Assembly: GCA_965645245.1 (NCBI GenBank) | Contig: OZ287067.1 | Span: 2,108,001 to 2,172,000 of the forward strand | Direction of reading: 5' to 3' | DNA length: 64,000 nt | Source of the DNA: Massalongia carnosa | Lineage: Eukaryota | Shown: piece by piece, positions 11,888 to 24,647 of the stretch | How the letters are laid out: each line of letters opens with the position of its first letter | Numbering within the stretch: the stretch's first letter is position 1 | The notes under the pieces: generated by a model | Told to the model about the DNA's origin: nothing | Seen by the model: only the letters and a program-made list of their open reading frames with translations | Database searches by the model: none | Position numbers and translations under genes: made by a program

Positions 11888-14197
11888 TCTTTTTGTGGAT
11901 AAAGACCAAGGGGAAAGGTGCTGATGGCTTGAGGGTAGGATTTTCTCTGGGATGGAGTTGTCGTGGTAGGTTTGCCTGGCCGTTCTGGACGGGCAAGGGC
12001 CGAGGGATGGCGATGGTGTGATAGGCGTGGGTATATTTTAAAGAACGATTTGAGTTGGAGAATTGCTCAGGGTTTGCTATAGAAGGATTGCACAGATGCT
12101 GATCAAGTTGAAGTAGAGTAGATTGTAGGATGCGAGGTCGAGTATTATATAAAGCGAAGGTATATGAGTACAATGATTGGAAGGAAGGAACGACTGCGAG
12201 GGAAGACGACGAGTTTATCTGAACCTTAAAAGCACGTGGAAAACATATGATCCTAGAGTGATTTAGGTGCAGAGGGGTCCCACGGAGCAAGTAAGCCCAC
12301 ACTCACAGATGGAACCGGAAACCTATGAGAGCAATAGAGAACAACTATAACATGGTTGTGGATAGTGAAAGATTATTCGTCACCCAGAAAATTCCCACCA
12401 TTAGGTTACAAGATCTTCAGGGGTTCCTATTGTGAATCCCATCGTACCAGACTTGCTAAACCAGGTTTCTGGGAAGGTATCAGTGGCTAAGGATATACTT
12501 TCAGCCCGCCTTCGTATTCCCTGTTGATGGTAGCCGTCATCTGGCTTTCTCAGCTGTGCGCAAAGACATCGTTCTCGAATGTTGTTCCCTTTATTTTCCT
12601 GTGAAAAAAACCTCCAGCATGGAATGCATGTATAATTCATCTTAGTTGAGATAGATTTTTTCAAGGATTTTGCCAAATTGAACGATATTTATAATATATG
12701 TCCTAGCCTCGCATACCTGCAACGAGTTCTCTCACTTTCATCAGTCACCCATGAAGCACCCCATATATAGAAAGTAGGAACGCAAGGTATTCAGAGAAAC
12801 AACTCGAGTATTCACGGAAGGCGCGGCCTTTTTCACTTTCGGTCGAGGAGGACAATAAGCGACAAAAATGCGGTACAAGAACCCGAAGAAGGCTTTGAGA
12901 AACCAAATTTCCATGAATAGACATCAGTATCATCCCATAGGTAATGATGAAATATGAATCATGCTGATTCCAAGCCCGTGACATTTGAGTATCGATGTAA
13001 AAAAAATCTACAGGTGCAGAATTCGTTAATCGCCATTGGTACGAAAACAAAGAAGGTGCAAGCATAGCACATCAAAGCGAGAGTAAAGTCACAAGAAAGC
13101 CTTTATCGGAATTGTTTACCGGTGGCTGATGAGAGTTTGAAAAGGTGTATTGCTCTCCCTCGTAGCTTGCACAAACTTCAGGAAACAGTAAGCTCTGCTG
13201 GCACGCCAGTCCTTCTCCTGGATTCTTTCTCCGGGAGTTTCCATCATTTTCAACCGAAGGAACGGGCTGAATGAGGCCTTTCACATACCTGCTATGTCTT
13301 GACAACCCCTTTTGATAGAATATAAGATTACTCCAAGACGCTCAAAAATCACATATTCACAAGGCTCCATCTGTGCGATCGTCCTGAATAAGCCATAGAC
13401 TCGATTCATGGAGTCTAGAGCGCGGTTAGGATATCTCGTACAGGACGTAAAATGGGTAACTACGGGATCGCAACTGACGTGGCCCGTGGCCGGTGAATGC
13501 CTCTGTAAGCCGTGGCTGAGGTGGGCAGCTGAGGTGGGCAGTTCAAGTCCACGTCCGCGATGATGAATGCAAGACTCTGTAATCATGTATTACTGATAAG
13601 AAATGAAAATGTCCCGCCGGGTGAAAAATCCAACCCTTCTTCGGGATAGGTAAATATTGCAAGCCTACTCGATAGTCCAAACCTTCTTTTGCCAGTCTTG
13701 AGGATATCACATGATAACCTGTAATCCGCCCCCCCTCCTTTTCTCCTTCCTTTCATTGACAAGTACTTAACATCACCTGAGATCGTGCAACTTCTCTTCC
13801 ACGCAGTCTCTCGAATCCTATCTATCCCTCAGGGATGATTACCTCGGAAGCTTAACGTTCGATAAAGGCTGGGGAAGGGAAGGGAACTGATATTGTTAAC
13901 GGATGCTGCATGCTTTGCCATCTGCATCACATTCGATAGGGGAGTCCAACGAGTAATTTAGATTAGGAGGAGAAGGGGGGTTGATTGCTCTGATGAATTA
14001 TTCTATCAGCGCTCTTCTTGAAAGTGCCCCAATCTTGATGGTGCTCATGGGTAGATCCTGTGGTTGAAAGATCCCGTAGTCTCACGGCCCTTTCATGTAA
14101 AAATCATTCCAACGAAGATTGCCCAAAGCAGATCCAACCAGCGATGCCTCCGTCCCACACCAGCCGTTAACACCTAGATATGCAGAGTCTTTGCAGC

Positions 14198-15508
14198 CTA
14201 CAACTTCGACTCCTTCCTTACCATTGCCTGACCCTTAGCCAACCATAAGACAGCATCGCAAACCATTTCGTCCACAATGGCCTTGGCGCTCTTCTTTTCG
14301 TTCACGACGGCGGCGGCTTTGCCCATGAGAAACGGGCGCGCCTGGTCCATGGTTTCATCGTCAATTTCGTCGCCTAACTTCTCGAAATCATGCTCGACCG
14401 GGATAACCCCTTTGCTGGTGAGATCTTTGATTTCTTGCGCGCGGTTCTCCTCCCAGTCTTTGATGTAGCGGTTGTTTTGAACACGAAGCGGACGACCCTG
14501 AATTAGGTGCCATATTAGTGGGCAGATGGCTCCCTGGAAGGACTGTAAAAAGGCAAATGAGAACATACGGTGAAAATGATGGTGCGGATGTTGTCGTCGA
14601 AATCAGAAATCCTCACAGCTTCTTGATGCGCTTTGGACGCTCCTGCTTCTTCTGATAATACGAACCGTGTGCCAATCCATACGGCGCCGGCACCAAGCAT
14701 AAGGGCAGCCGCTAACGATTGTCCGTTAAACAGCCCGCCGGCCGCAACGACCTGAACCTGGTTTCCAGTCATGGGGCTTTTCTTGCCCTTGACCATCTCG
14801 ACTACTGTTGGGATGAGCACCGTAGTTGGGACGTCACCGGTGTGACCGCCTCCCTCTCCACCTTGAGCGCAGATCATATCTACTCCCACATCGAGGCACT
14901 TTTGAACATGTTTTGGGTGGCCAATCATGTTCATGTAGAGTACGCCTGCGTTGTGAAGTCTTTCCACTACGTGTCTTGGAGGAACACCCACGGCAGAGAC
15001 GAATAATTTGGCTCCGCTGTCAATTATTATGGTGACAAGTTCGTCAAGCTTGCCTTTAGTATAATCGTAGCTGTGACCAGACCAGTTGTTCAGCATAATC
15101 AAGGGACTCAGCCGAAACTAGGGTTTCTGAGCTCACTTGGTTTTCCTAGCACTACCACCCACTTGAGGGATTAGGAGATCTACTCCAAAGGGAGCGTCCT
15201 TGTCCTTCAGAAAGCCTTTTAGTTCTGCTATCTGCTCTCGTAACATATCCGGTGTATAGCCAAGGCCCCCAATTACGCCTAAACCTCCAGCATTCGTGAC
15301 AGCAGCGGCGAGCTTAGGTCCAGCCGCAACGTTCATGCCTGCCAGCATGACCGGGTGATTTATTCTAAGAAGTTCCGTAACCGTGGTCCGGAGTTTTTCT
15401 ACACGTTTCGTTAGCAGAGATCATGAGAGCGCGTATTGTACAATAATTTCCACGCTTCAAGGGCATAGCTCTAACATTATAAGGATGAGACTTACGTGGG
15501 GAAGCCAT
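14198..15508 (-). CDS. Nitronate monooxygenase / 2-nitropropane dioxygenase family flavoprotein with PTS1 (-SKL)
   Basis: Motifs LAAAVTNAGGLGVIG, AQGGEGGGH, VVAAGGL, GAGAVWIGTRF and FTGRPLRV; multi-exon; ends ESKL. Confidence 0.92.
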
Positions 15509-15714
15509 GATGGAAGAAGGAAGAGATATGTTTGTGGTTTATAATGTCGAGCAAGTGACAACCAAGAGCCTCAGTTACAAAATAGAGGTTGAGGAAGGGA
15601 GGATGAATACGAGACTGGAGATGGAATGCCATCTTATGCCGAGGTCCAAGTCTCTTGGGGGCAAAATCGGAACCATTCCCGTTTTGTTGATGAAAAGGCA
15701 GGCAGATTCTTCTA

Positions 15715-17581
15715 ATCGTCGGCCTCGCTTAGCTGCCTCCATACGAGGTGTACCACCATCTAGTCGGGGAAAGCGGTCTGCGTAGGCAAGCGATCTGCGT
15801 AGTTTCAATCTTAGGATTCACCCATTTTACCACCTATTTTGCAGCTTTTTGCAACACTTCTCGACCGCAACCTACGACCGTTAGCTGTTATTAATCATAC
15901 CATAGATAGATATCAACTGCACATCCTAACTGCTCATTTATCAACCGGGAATGCATTATATTTTTCCAATTTCACCAGTTTTATCACCTATTTACAACTC
16001 ATTTGCGACGCCGTCTCATCATGATTTGCAACCTCCATTTGCTTTATTTTCAACCTCATTTGCAAATATTATTAATAAGTAGATATATATCAACTGTGCG
16101 TTCTAATATTTACTCCTAGTCTGACGATAGCCCCCTTGATAAAAGTTAAACTGCTCATCCTCATCACCCTCATCACCCTCATCATTCTCATTATTCTTAG
16201 TGTTGATCTCTGCAAGGACATCTTGGATAGCCTTATCATGCCATTGCTTATAGGGTTGAAATACGCCCACATCAAGGGGTTGCATACAATGAGTCAGATG
16301 TGGTATCAGGGGGAGAGGGCGAATGTGATTTTCATTGGCAAGCTTTATAAACTCAGGGGTGCAATAACTAAGTCCCATGATTATCCATGAGCATCAATTT
16401 CTACTGCTTTGTAGGCCCCGAGTTTGTATTCGCAATGAAATGCTTCAAAAATTCAATTGCTATTTTATCGGTGATGAACCCACTTTTTGATACTTCAGTC
16501 AGAGTCCCTGTGGGCAGCCCCTCTTGGAAGCAGTTCTGCATTATTCTACGACCTTGCATAATTAAAACGGGAGAAGGTGGTTGATGACCGGCGGCGTTGA
16601 TGCTTTCGATTATGATGAGAGATTTGCGATTTTCTGGACTGATTGAATAGAACTCCTTAATATCTGATGGAACTAGAATTTCATGACCCTTCATACACCC
16701 AACTCGAAATCCTGCTTTATCAAAGTTCCAGATATCTTGTGAATGAGTTATCCCCAACTCTGCAAGAACCCGCTGATATCGATCAAACCATAATCTTACA
16801 TCTGACTCCTGAGCCGCAGTATATCGAACAACTGCCAGCGGCTTAGTCTTTATCTTGTGCAGGCCATTGTCTTTCCACCGTTGCCTAAACCACCGCGGAC
16901 TTGGATCATTGAATTCGGCATCTTGAGCACGTTTCAGAGTCTTAATGGCAGCAAAAGCCACTTTATGAGTAGGTTGAATGCCATACGCATTCAGAGATCG
17001 AATGAATTCGTGAATGGCTCTGACCTGATGCTCCTCCAGTATTTTGTTCTACCCTTCAATTTTCTTCGACAGCATCTTTTCACGTTCAATTGAACTGTAT
17101 AGAGTGATGTCGACGAGGTTGAAGATTCGAGCAGCGCAAACGATGCTCTCCTTGGGGTTTCTAATAAAACTGCTTAGCATTTTGCACGCGCGTTGCAATA
17201 GAATCACTGGTTTTAATAAGGTTCTTATTCATGATGCTGCTGCTATTCATGATTGAGGTGGGGAGCGGTTGATGAAATAGGGAGAGAGTGATTGACGAAA
17301 TAGGAGGCATGCAACTGATGCGGTCGCGATTGAATAAAGGTGAATATCCCGGTTAATCAATGAGTAGTTAGGATGTGCAGTTGATATCTATCTATGGTAT
17401 GAATAATAACAGCTAACGGTCGTAGGTTGCGGTCGAGAAGTGTTGCAAAAAGCTGCAAAATAGGTGGTAAAATGGGTGAATCCTGAGATTGAAACTACGC
17501 AGATCGCTTGCCTACGCAGACCGCTTTCCCCGACTAGAGGTGGTACACCTCGTATGGAGGCAGCTAAGCGAGGCCGACGAT
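15715..17581 (-). mobile_element. Fot1/pogo (Tc1-mariner superfamily) DNA transposon, defective, with ~235-bp TIRs and TA target duplication
   Basis: 15715-15950 and 17347-17581 are near-identical inverted repeats flanked by TA (15713-14, 17582-83). A fragmented transposase lies on the minus strand from ~17232, with DIWNFDKAGFRVG, HGSH and PHLTHCMQPLDVGVFQPYKQ. Confidence 0.93.
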
Positions 17582-18188
17582 TAGTTAATCCTTTACGCAG
17601 GTAAAGGTGGACCTACCAACACTCCTATGTAACTTTCCACGATCACGTGATATTTTCCCTTGTTCGAATAGCGAACTACATGTGTTCCTTGCATACCTCT
17701 GTACACAGGTATATCATTTAAGAGACTGCGTGCATCTATTTCATCGCTTTCCCATGAAATCCGCTTGTGATCTCTCATCATGACTCTTGATTGGAGCCGG
17801 CTTGATCGCAGTCTTTTGGTTTTGTCTCAGAATCTTTCAAAGGTCTCAAGGCGGAAAACTCATATATCTTCATCACAACATACACGAGATACAACAGGGG
17901 ATTCAGTAATGAGAAAAGATTCTGGTCCTATCAGCGATGGCTTCGAGAAAAATAAGACGCCGGGAATTTGTATTCAAGGTTTCCGGCCGTATGTATCGTA
18001 TCGTGCCTGCTTTACGGCAAGATTCAGGCAAAGTTCCCAATGACTGAGAATGCTCAAGGAATACTACCGCGCGCCCTGAACAGGACCTTTTACATGTAGG
18101 CGTTAGGTGCAAACCTAATCAAGCGTCGTCGTTCAGCCAACTCGATCCCGTTGCCGATGATTCTGGGCACCTTACGCTCCTGGAGCTG

Positions 18189-20379
18189 ATGCGGAAAGAG
18201 ATTCGCCCAGGACGGTCTGTTTTCAGTATAGGGGAGAGCGTGGTAAATGGTGTCTTCACGTCCTGTGTTGACTCTATATATGTGTCCATGAACTTTCATT
18301 TCACCAGAAAGCTTGCATCGGACAACACAAACTGTGCCGTCTATGTATACAAATCCAATGACTCGACGGAGAATCGGTGTTTAGCTGATGCAGCAGATCT
18401 ACCGTGCATGTATTACTGTTCTTCTCATTGGGATTTCATCACCACTATAAATGCAGAAGAGCAACCTGTCAGGGTAACCATAGGTACCAGGGAAGTAAAT
18501 GCTTTGGAGTCCAAGAAAACCCCAGGTTTTGTATCAGAACAATACAGAGCTCCAAAATGTAGAGCGGATACGTTAAGTAAAGCATCATGGCCTCCAATAT
18601 TTCAAATTCATCAGACTCTTATAAATCATCTAAAGGCGATACATCATCTAAATACGCAAACTTTAGGCTTACACCTCGCAAAGTTAGCATATCGCCAAGC
18701 AGATGACAACTCCGATTGTGGCTTTCTCAAGGAGTTCCTGATACGAATTCTTGCTGTACCGAAGGACTCAAGGGAAAAAAACTCTCATTCTTTGGAAGGT
18801 TCTATGAGTCTTGGCATCCGACTCAGTCGCCTTCAGTACGAGAATTCTCGTTCATCTTATATCGAAGAAAGGCTGCGCCCGCAGGTTGGTCATCGAGTTT
18901 ATATTGCACTCGGTAGCAATGTTGGAGATCGAATTACCATGCTAGAATCAGCATGCCGTGAAATGAGTCGGTGTGGGATTCGCGTTGTTCGAACCGGTGC
19001 TCTTTACGAGACCGAACCCATGTATCGCCTCAATCAGCAGTCATTTCTCAACGGAGTTTGCGAGGTGTGTGAGATAGACATTGGAACATCGAGAAGGCCA
19101 AGGGTACAAAGCTGATGCGTCATTCATAGGCTGAGACTACCTTCGAACCTTTGGTATTGTTGGACAAACTTAAAAAGATTGAGACAGCGCTAGGAAGAGA
19201 GGAGTCAGTCAGAAATGGGCCGCGTAGCATTGATCTAGATATTTTACTCTACGACAATGAATGTGTTGATCAGGAACGTCTCTCAATACCGCACCAGAAA
19301 ATTCTTGAACGGGAATTCGTTCTCAGGCCACTATGCGAGTAAGACATCTCCCAGAATGAACTAAAACTGCGCTTTGTTTAACCAAACGTAGTCTCATTCC
19401 GAATAATACGCTCCCCCTTCCGTTCGAGACAAGGTCTTTCCGGGCACAACTTTTGAAGCTTTCCAAGTCTGCCTCTCCATTGTCTCCTCTGACTCCGCTA
19501 TCACTCAACCAAGCTCCAATATCGTCTCTTTCGCCTACCCGTGTTACGCATATTATGGCAATTCTAAATCTCACCCCCGACTCGTTCTCTGACGGAGGAT
19601 TTCACAAAACCGAACCCTCGTTGCTCCTTCCACTCTTAAACAGATTTCTCGCTGCTGGCGTTTCAATAATTGATATAGGAGGGCAGTCTACTCGACCTCA
19701 TGCTCCGCAAATCACAGCTGAGGATGAAATATTGCGAGTCCTTCCCGCTATCATATTTATCCGCTCTCACCCTTCGTTTGACAAATTAGCAATTTCAATA
19801 GATACGTACCGTGCCTCAGTGGCTGATGCCGCCATATCTGCAGGTGCCAACATAGTCAATGATGTATCGGCGGGCCAGATGGACCATAATATGCTCCCTA
19901 CAATTGCAAGATTGGGTTGCACGGTCATCCTGATGCACATGCGGGGTACCTCTGAGACAATGACCACTCTTACAGAATACCCGTCTGGCCTACTATCCGA
20001 AGTCGGTTCCGAGCTCTTAGACCGAGTTTCTGCTGCCGAGAAGGCTGGCATCCGACGCTGGCGCATAATCTTGGATCCAGGCATCGGCTTTGCCAAGAAC
20101 CAGGCACAAAACTTGGAGCTACTCAGGCGGCTTGGCGAGCTCAAGAAATCAGAAGGGTTGCATGGACTGCCTTGGGTGGTGGGTGCAAGTCGAAAATCCT
20201 TCATAGGAAAGATTACGGGGGTGCAAAAGGCGAGCGAACGATCTTGGGGCACCGCGAGTACGGTCACCGCGGCGATCCAGGGAGGAGCGGACATTGTGAG
20301 AGTGCATGATGCCGTGGAGATGGCGCAGGTTGCTAAAATAGCGGACGCTATTTGGAGGATTGAGTCTGGGAGTCAATAG
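18189..20379 (+). CDS. FOL1: Folic acid synthesis protein (HPPK + dihydropteroate synthase); start codon uncertain
   Basis: HPPK motifs YIALGSNVGDR, YETEP and RNGPRSIDLDILLY; DHPS motifs IMAILNLTPDSFSDGG, DIGGQSTRP, ILDPGIGFAK, SRKSF and IVRVHD. Confidence 0.93.
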
Positions 20380-21653
20380 GATGTCAACACTAACAACTGC
20401 GAGAGAAGAACACACTTGGAGGATGGCAGTCGCGGTATCGGACAGCAAGCTACCAAAATGAATGTATACTGGCCGAGACAGAGTAAGAGCTAGTGGTTCA
20501 TTCGGGGAAAACAGAGGAAAGGGGAAACCCCACAAACTGAAACTTCAAAACTACAATCCCTTCCCCTAAACCCGCCCAAAAAGTCGTACTACACAGGTCG
20601 AGTTATGCCGCGCCTTCAACTAAGGAATAATCCTCACCTTAGAGTTAAAAACACCCATCTCCTCGCCCCACCCCGGCCCATCCTCCTTTCCAAAAGCTTG
20701 CCCGATCACTCCTCCTGTCTACCTTCCACCCTTCACACCTCCAGATAAGGCAACCTTGTAACATACTAATCCCTCCCGTTCACTATCTTGGAGCTGTGGA
20801 AGGGGGAACCGCAACTGGGGTTGGAGGATTGCTGCTTAGGGAGAAGAGGGAAGAAGGAGAAGGATTAGCTTTAGGGGTTGAGATGTTTGCTTTCGGGACG
20901 GGGGCGGAGGTTGTGATGATGAGATTAGGATTTAGGAGAACTTATATGTGAAGAAGGGACAAGTAAGCAAGCAAGACAGCAGGCAGGCAGGCAGATAGGT
21001 AGAATCTATATCCTCAATCAAACAAGGCCGTTGGGTTCGGTTCGGTTGTAGTAGGCATGAATCTATTCTATTGTTCTCTATAGTTGGCGGAAGAAAAGAA
21101 GAAAGCCGCACGTGTCATTTCCCTCCCTTCCCCAATCATGACTTACAAGCAGTGCCAGCACCAGCACCGACTAGCCACCCCTCCGTCTCGCTTCTCTGTG
21201 TATATGGAAAGAAAAATAATAACAGGGAAGAAAACCAACCAAACGAAACCAAGCCGGAAAAGAAGGTAGAAAGAAGCCGGGAGGGAGGGAGAACAGGAAG
21301 CATAGCAGCTAAACGGACGAATTCTGAAGTCTTTTTTAGCGCAATTCACGTTGTGCACAGAGCAATGTTACATCTATCGAAAAGTGGAAGGAAGGGGGGA
21401 AAGCCTAAAAGGACGACTTGGAACTCCAAAATCTGAACGTGCTCTTCGGGCAGAAGCAACTTGACTTCTCCAGAGAGAGGTGAACAACCCAGCTATATGA
21501 GATTCATGTGGTATGCTCTCAATTTTACATCTCATCGCCGTGTTTACGTTTCGCGTCTCTGCTCGGTAGTTTCTTCGTCTATCAGGCAAATCCCCTCGAG
21601 AAGCGCGTACCGTACTGTGTGCAATTTCTCTTTGTGGTTATTCGGAGTGGGCT

Positions 21654-23464
21654 TTAGGTATTGAGATAACGTCGTATGGCGCCTACCAACCCCACTTGTC
21701 AGCATACCTAGCTTCCCCTTTTCAAGGTTTAACCCGTAACAAAAAGAGATGCGAAGGAAGAACAGAAACCAACCTTGCAGTTTAGTCGCTCCCTCTCCCA
21801 ACACAGCGCTAAGATTCTCCAAATCATCCCCAGCCGTGACTCCGAATTTGCGCACGAAATCTCTCGCGGCCCCCTCAAGGTCTCCGTAATTGCCGTACTC
21901 GTCCGCCTGCGGGATGTCGTCATCTCCGCGCCCAAAGTACGCGTTACTGGAGATGGATGACGCCCCCTCGAATCCTTGCAAGCGGGCTTTGGCTTCGCTC
22001 TGCGCCGAAGGATCGAAAGCCGCTCGTCCGAAGAACTCGTCCGAGGAGATGCCCTTTTGCGTGCCAAATTTGGAGCGAGCGTATTTCTCTTCATCTGGAG
22101 CGAGGAGAATAAAGGTTGAGTTAGTTAAGGTGAAGAGTAGATAAGGGAAATGAGGAAATGAGGAGAAGAAGATTGCATAACAAACCTTCGTCAGCGGCGC
22201 GGCTGGTGCTTCCCATGGAGCCAAAGCCCATCTTCTTCGGACCGGATGCAGCTGGCTTGGCCCCTCCTACTTGCCCAAACCCCAGTTTTCCTACTCCCAT
22301 GCCCAACCTCTCTACCTCGCTTTCGCTCCGATTATGACCTCTAGTTGCGCCAAAACCAGCTCGGGAGGGACTAATAGGGGTAGGAGCGGCCATTTTGGAT
22401 TTCTCCGCGAGTCCTATGAACTTCGTCGTTGAGGAGCTGGCGGCTTGCTCAGCCTCAGGGTCATAGCCTAGTTTCTCTATTCGCTCAGCCTCTTCCTTTG
22501 CTTTTTTCTCCGCGGCTTCAAAATCGACGGCCTCGCCTCCACCAATCTTCTTCGTGCCTAGCTTTTGCGTCTTTTTAGCGCCCAAGACATTGGCCTTTCG
22601 CGGAGCGCCTGTGCCTGTGGTTTTGCGAATAGCCGAAGAAGATGTAGTGCGCGAGTTAGGAGGAGCTAGTGAAGATTCACTGGCAACAAGAGGCGACTTA
22701 GGCCTTGCTGGACTATTTCCATTGGTACCCGGGTTGAGGAATGGGGACGCTGTTCGGCTAATCACGGGTGGGGTTTGGGTTCTGGACGGAGGATTGCTGG
22801 GACGCTTGATCGAGGGTTTATCCCATGATGAAAAGAAGTCGTCGCTGGGTTCGCCTGAAGGGGTTGCAGTTCCATCAGTAGATGCCGTAGAGACGATGTC
22901 GGTAATGACGACCTCCTCGGGATATCTGAAGCCGCTTTAGCTTGTAAAGCATGCTGAAACTGCGAACATACTCTAGCGCGTCCGTTGCGGCTCTTCGTTT
23001 CAATTCGTCCTTATACTTAGTCGCTGCGACGGACGTATATTTAATTTTAGGATCCTTGCTTGCAAGGGCTGCGGTGCCCCCATGCGACTGGAAATATTTT
23101 GTTGCCGACTCATTCCCGCCAACCTTCATGATCCGTAACTGATCCCATTGCCATTCTGCACAATCCTTCCATTAGTTTCTTATTGAAATCACAGGTGATA
23201 ACTGTGGCATACGATCAAGATTCGTCGACCTGACAAAGGAAATGTGAACACCCAGGTTGCGGTGGTTCGACGAGCAATCTAGGCAAAGATATATCCCAAA
23301 TGGTACCGATGACCACGTTGGATTCTTAGTCCCACAATCGAAACATACCTGTAGACAGTCAGTATAGTAGTCTTCCCCCAAGTTTATGGGCGCACTTTAT
23401 TCGCCGCCTTTGTCTTCAATTTCTCGAAGATTTTCTGTGATTGTGCTTTCGATGCAGCACTCAT
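21654..23464 (-). CDS. GLO3: ADP-ribosylation factor GTPase-activating protein
   Basis: ArfGAP zinc finger [40 protein letters not shown]; Glo3 motifs [11 protein letters not shown] and [10 protein letters not shown]. Confidence 0.93.
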
Positions 23465-23722
23465 CTTGCAGGTAAGGCCGTGTATAGTCTGCGTTTGATC
23501 AGATATAGAAAGGGAAGGCCTTCTGATGGATGATCAAGTTCAAATTCAGGGACAACAAAAGTGGCCATTAGATTAGGGCTGATTACGTAACATGTGGAAT
23601 GAGAAGCTCATCTTTCAACCTCCATGGCATACGGTTGGCAGCATCTGTGCCATCCATGGAATTCTCTACGGGTCATGATGATAATCTTGATCCAATAGAG
23701 CGTACACGTCTGAGATTCGCAT

Positions 23723-24647
23723 ATGATGCTTGCCAAGCCGGTGCCTCGTATCCTTACGAAACTCTCTATCATTGAAGCCCACCTCCGTAAACCAACGCTG
23801 CCAATAAGCTACAGAGGTTATGCAACACAGGCTCCACGAGGCGGCTCAGCAAACTCATCAAGAAAGCAAGTCACCGTCGTCAGTGATGATGGCAGAGTGC
23901 AGTGGAAAGACTTAAGTATCCGGGAGAAAGCGGCAAGGACGACCCAGCAAACCTTCAATCTCGGGGTGATCCTGACTGGACTGCTCATGACAGTACGAAT
24001 GGTGCACCCTGTATGGATTTCTCTTCTCAGATCTGCTCATATATGAGAATAGGGTGGTGTCATCTATGTCCTTTACACCGAAGTCTTCGCCTCCGACAGC
24101 AAAACCCGTCACTTCAACCGGGCGGTGGATCGGATAAGAGCAGACCCCCGCGTTATCGACGTACTTGGTGGGAACGGCAAGATCAGAGCTTTTGGAGAGC
24201 CAACTTCTAATAAGTGGGCAAGGGCAAGGCCTATCGCGTGGGTGAATCTAGGCCTACTTTAGAGAATATGGATGCTGAGACCTGGTTTGTCAGATCTACC
24301 CTGCGAAAGGACACCTCAGGCACAGAGCACTTTTTTATGCACTTCAACGTAAATCAGTTCTATCCATGATGCATAGCTTGCAACATATACTGACTTCATC
24401 ATTGTTAGGTAGAAGGTTCCTCGCGCTCAGGGGTGGTAAATCTGCACATGATCAAAAAGCCCAGGCAGGCTGATTTTGAATACAAATATCTGGCATTAGA
24501 TGTGAAAGGTATTCCACGCGTCAATTTAGACGCCACTATGTGCTCATTCTTACATCAGGCCACCAAAGAATCTATCTTGAGAACGTTGACGCTGTGAAGG
24601 ATGTCAAAAAGCCTGGCTTCAAACTGTTTGGGGTGAAGTGGCAATAA
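23723..24647 (+). CDS. TIM21: Mitochondrial import inner membrane translocase subunit Tim21, multi-exon
   Basis: VQWKDLSIREKAARTTQQTFN, a TM segment, LYTEVF, IRAFGEP...HFNVEG and YLALDVKGHQRIYLEN. Confidence 0.88.

Noticed and set aside
11192..11902. 236-aa Gly-rich plus-strand ORF
   Set aside because: Most simply the antisense shadow of the Pro-rich minus-strand ORF.
12400..13600. Short minus-strand ORFs as one gene
   Set aside because: No recognisable motif or consistent splice model.
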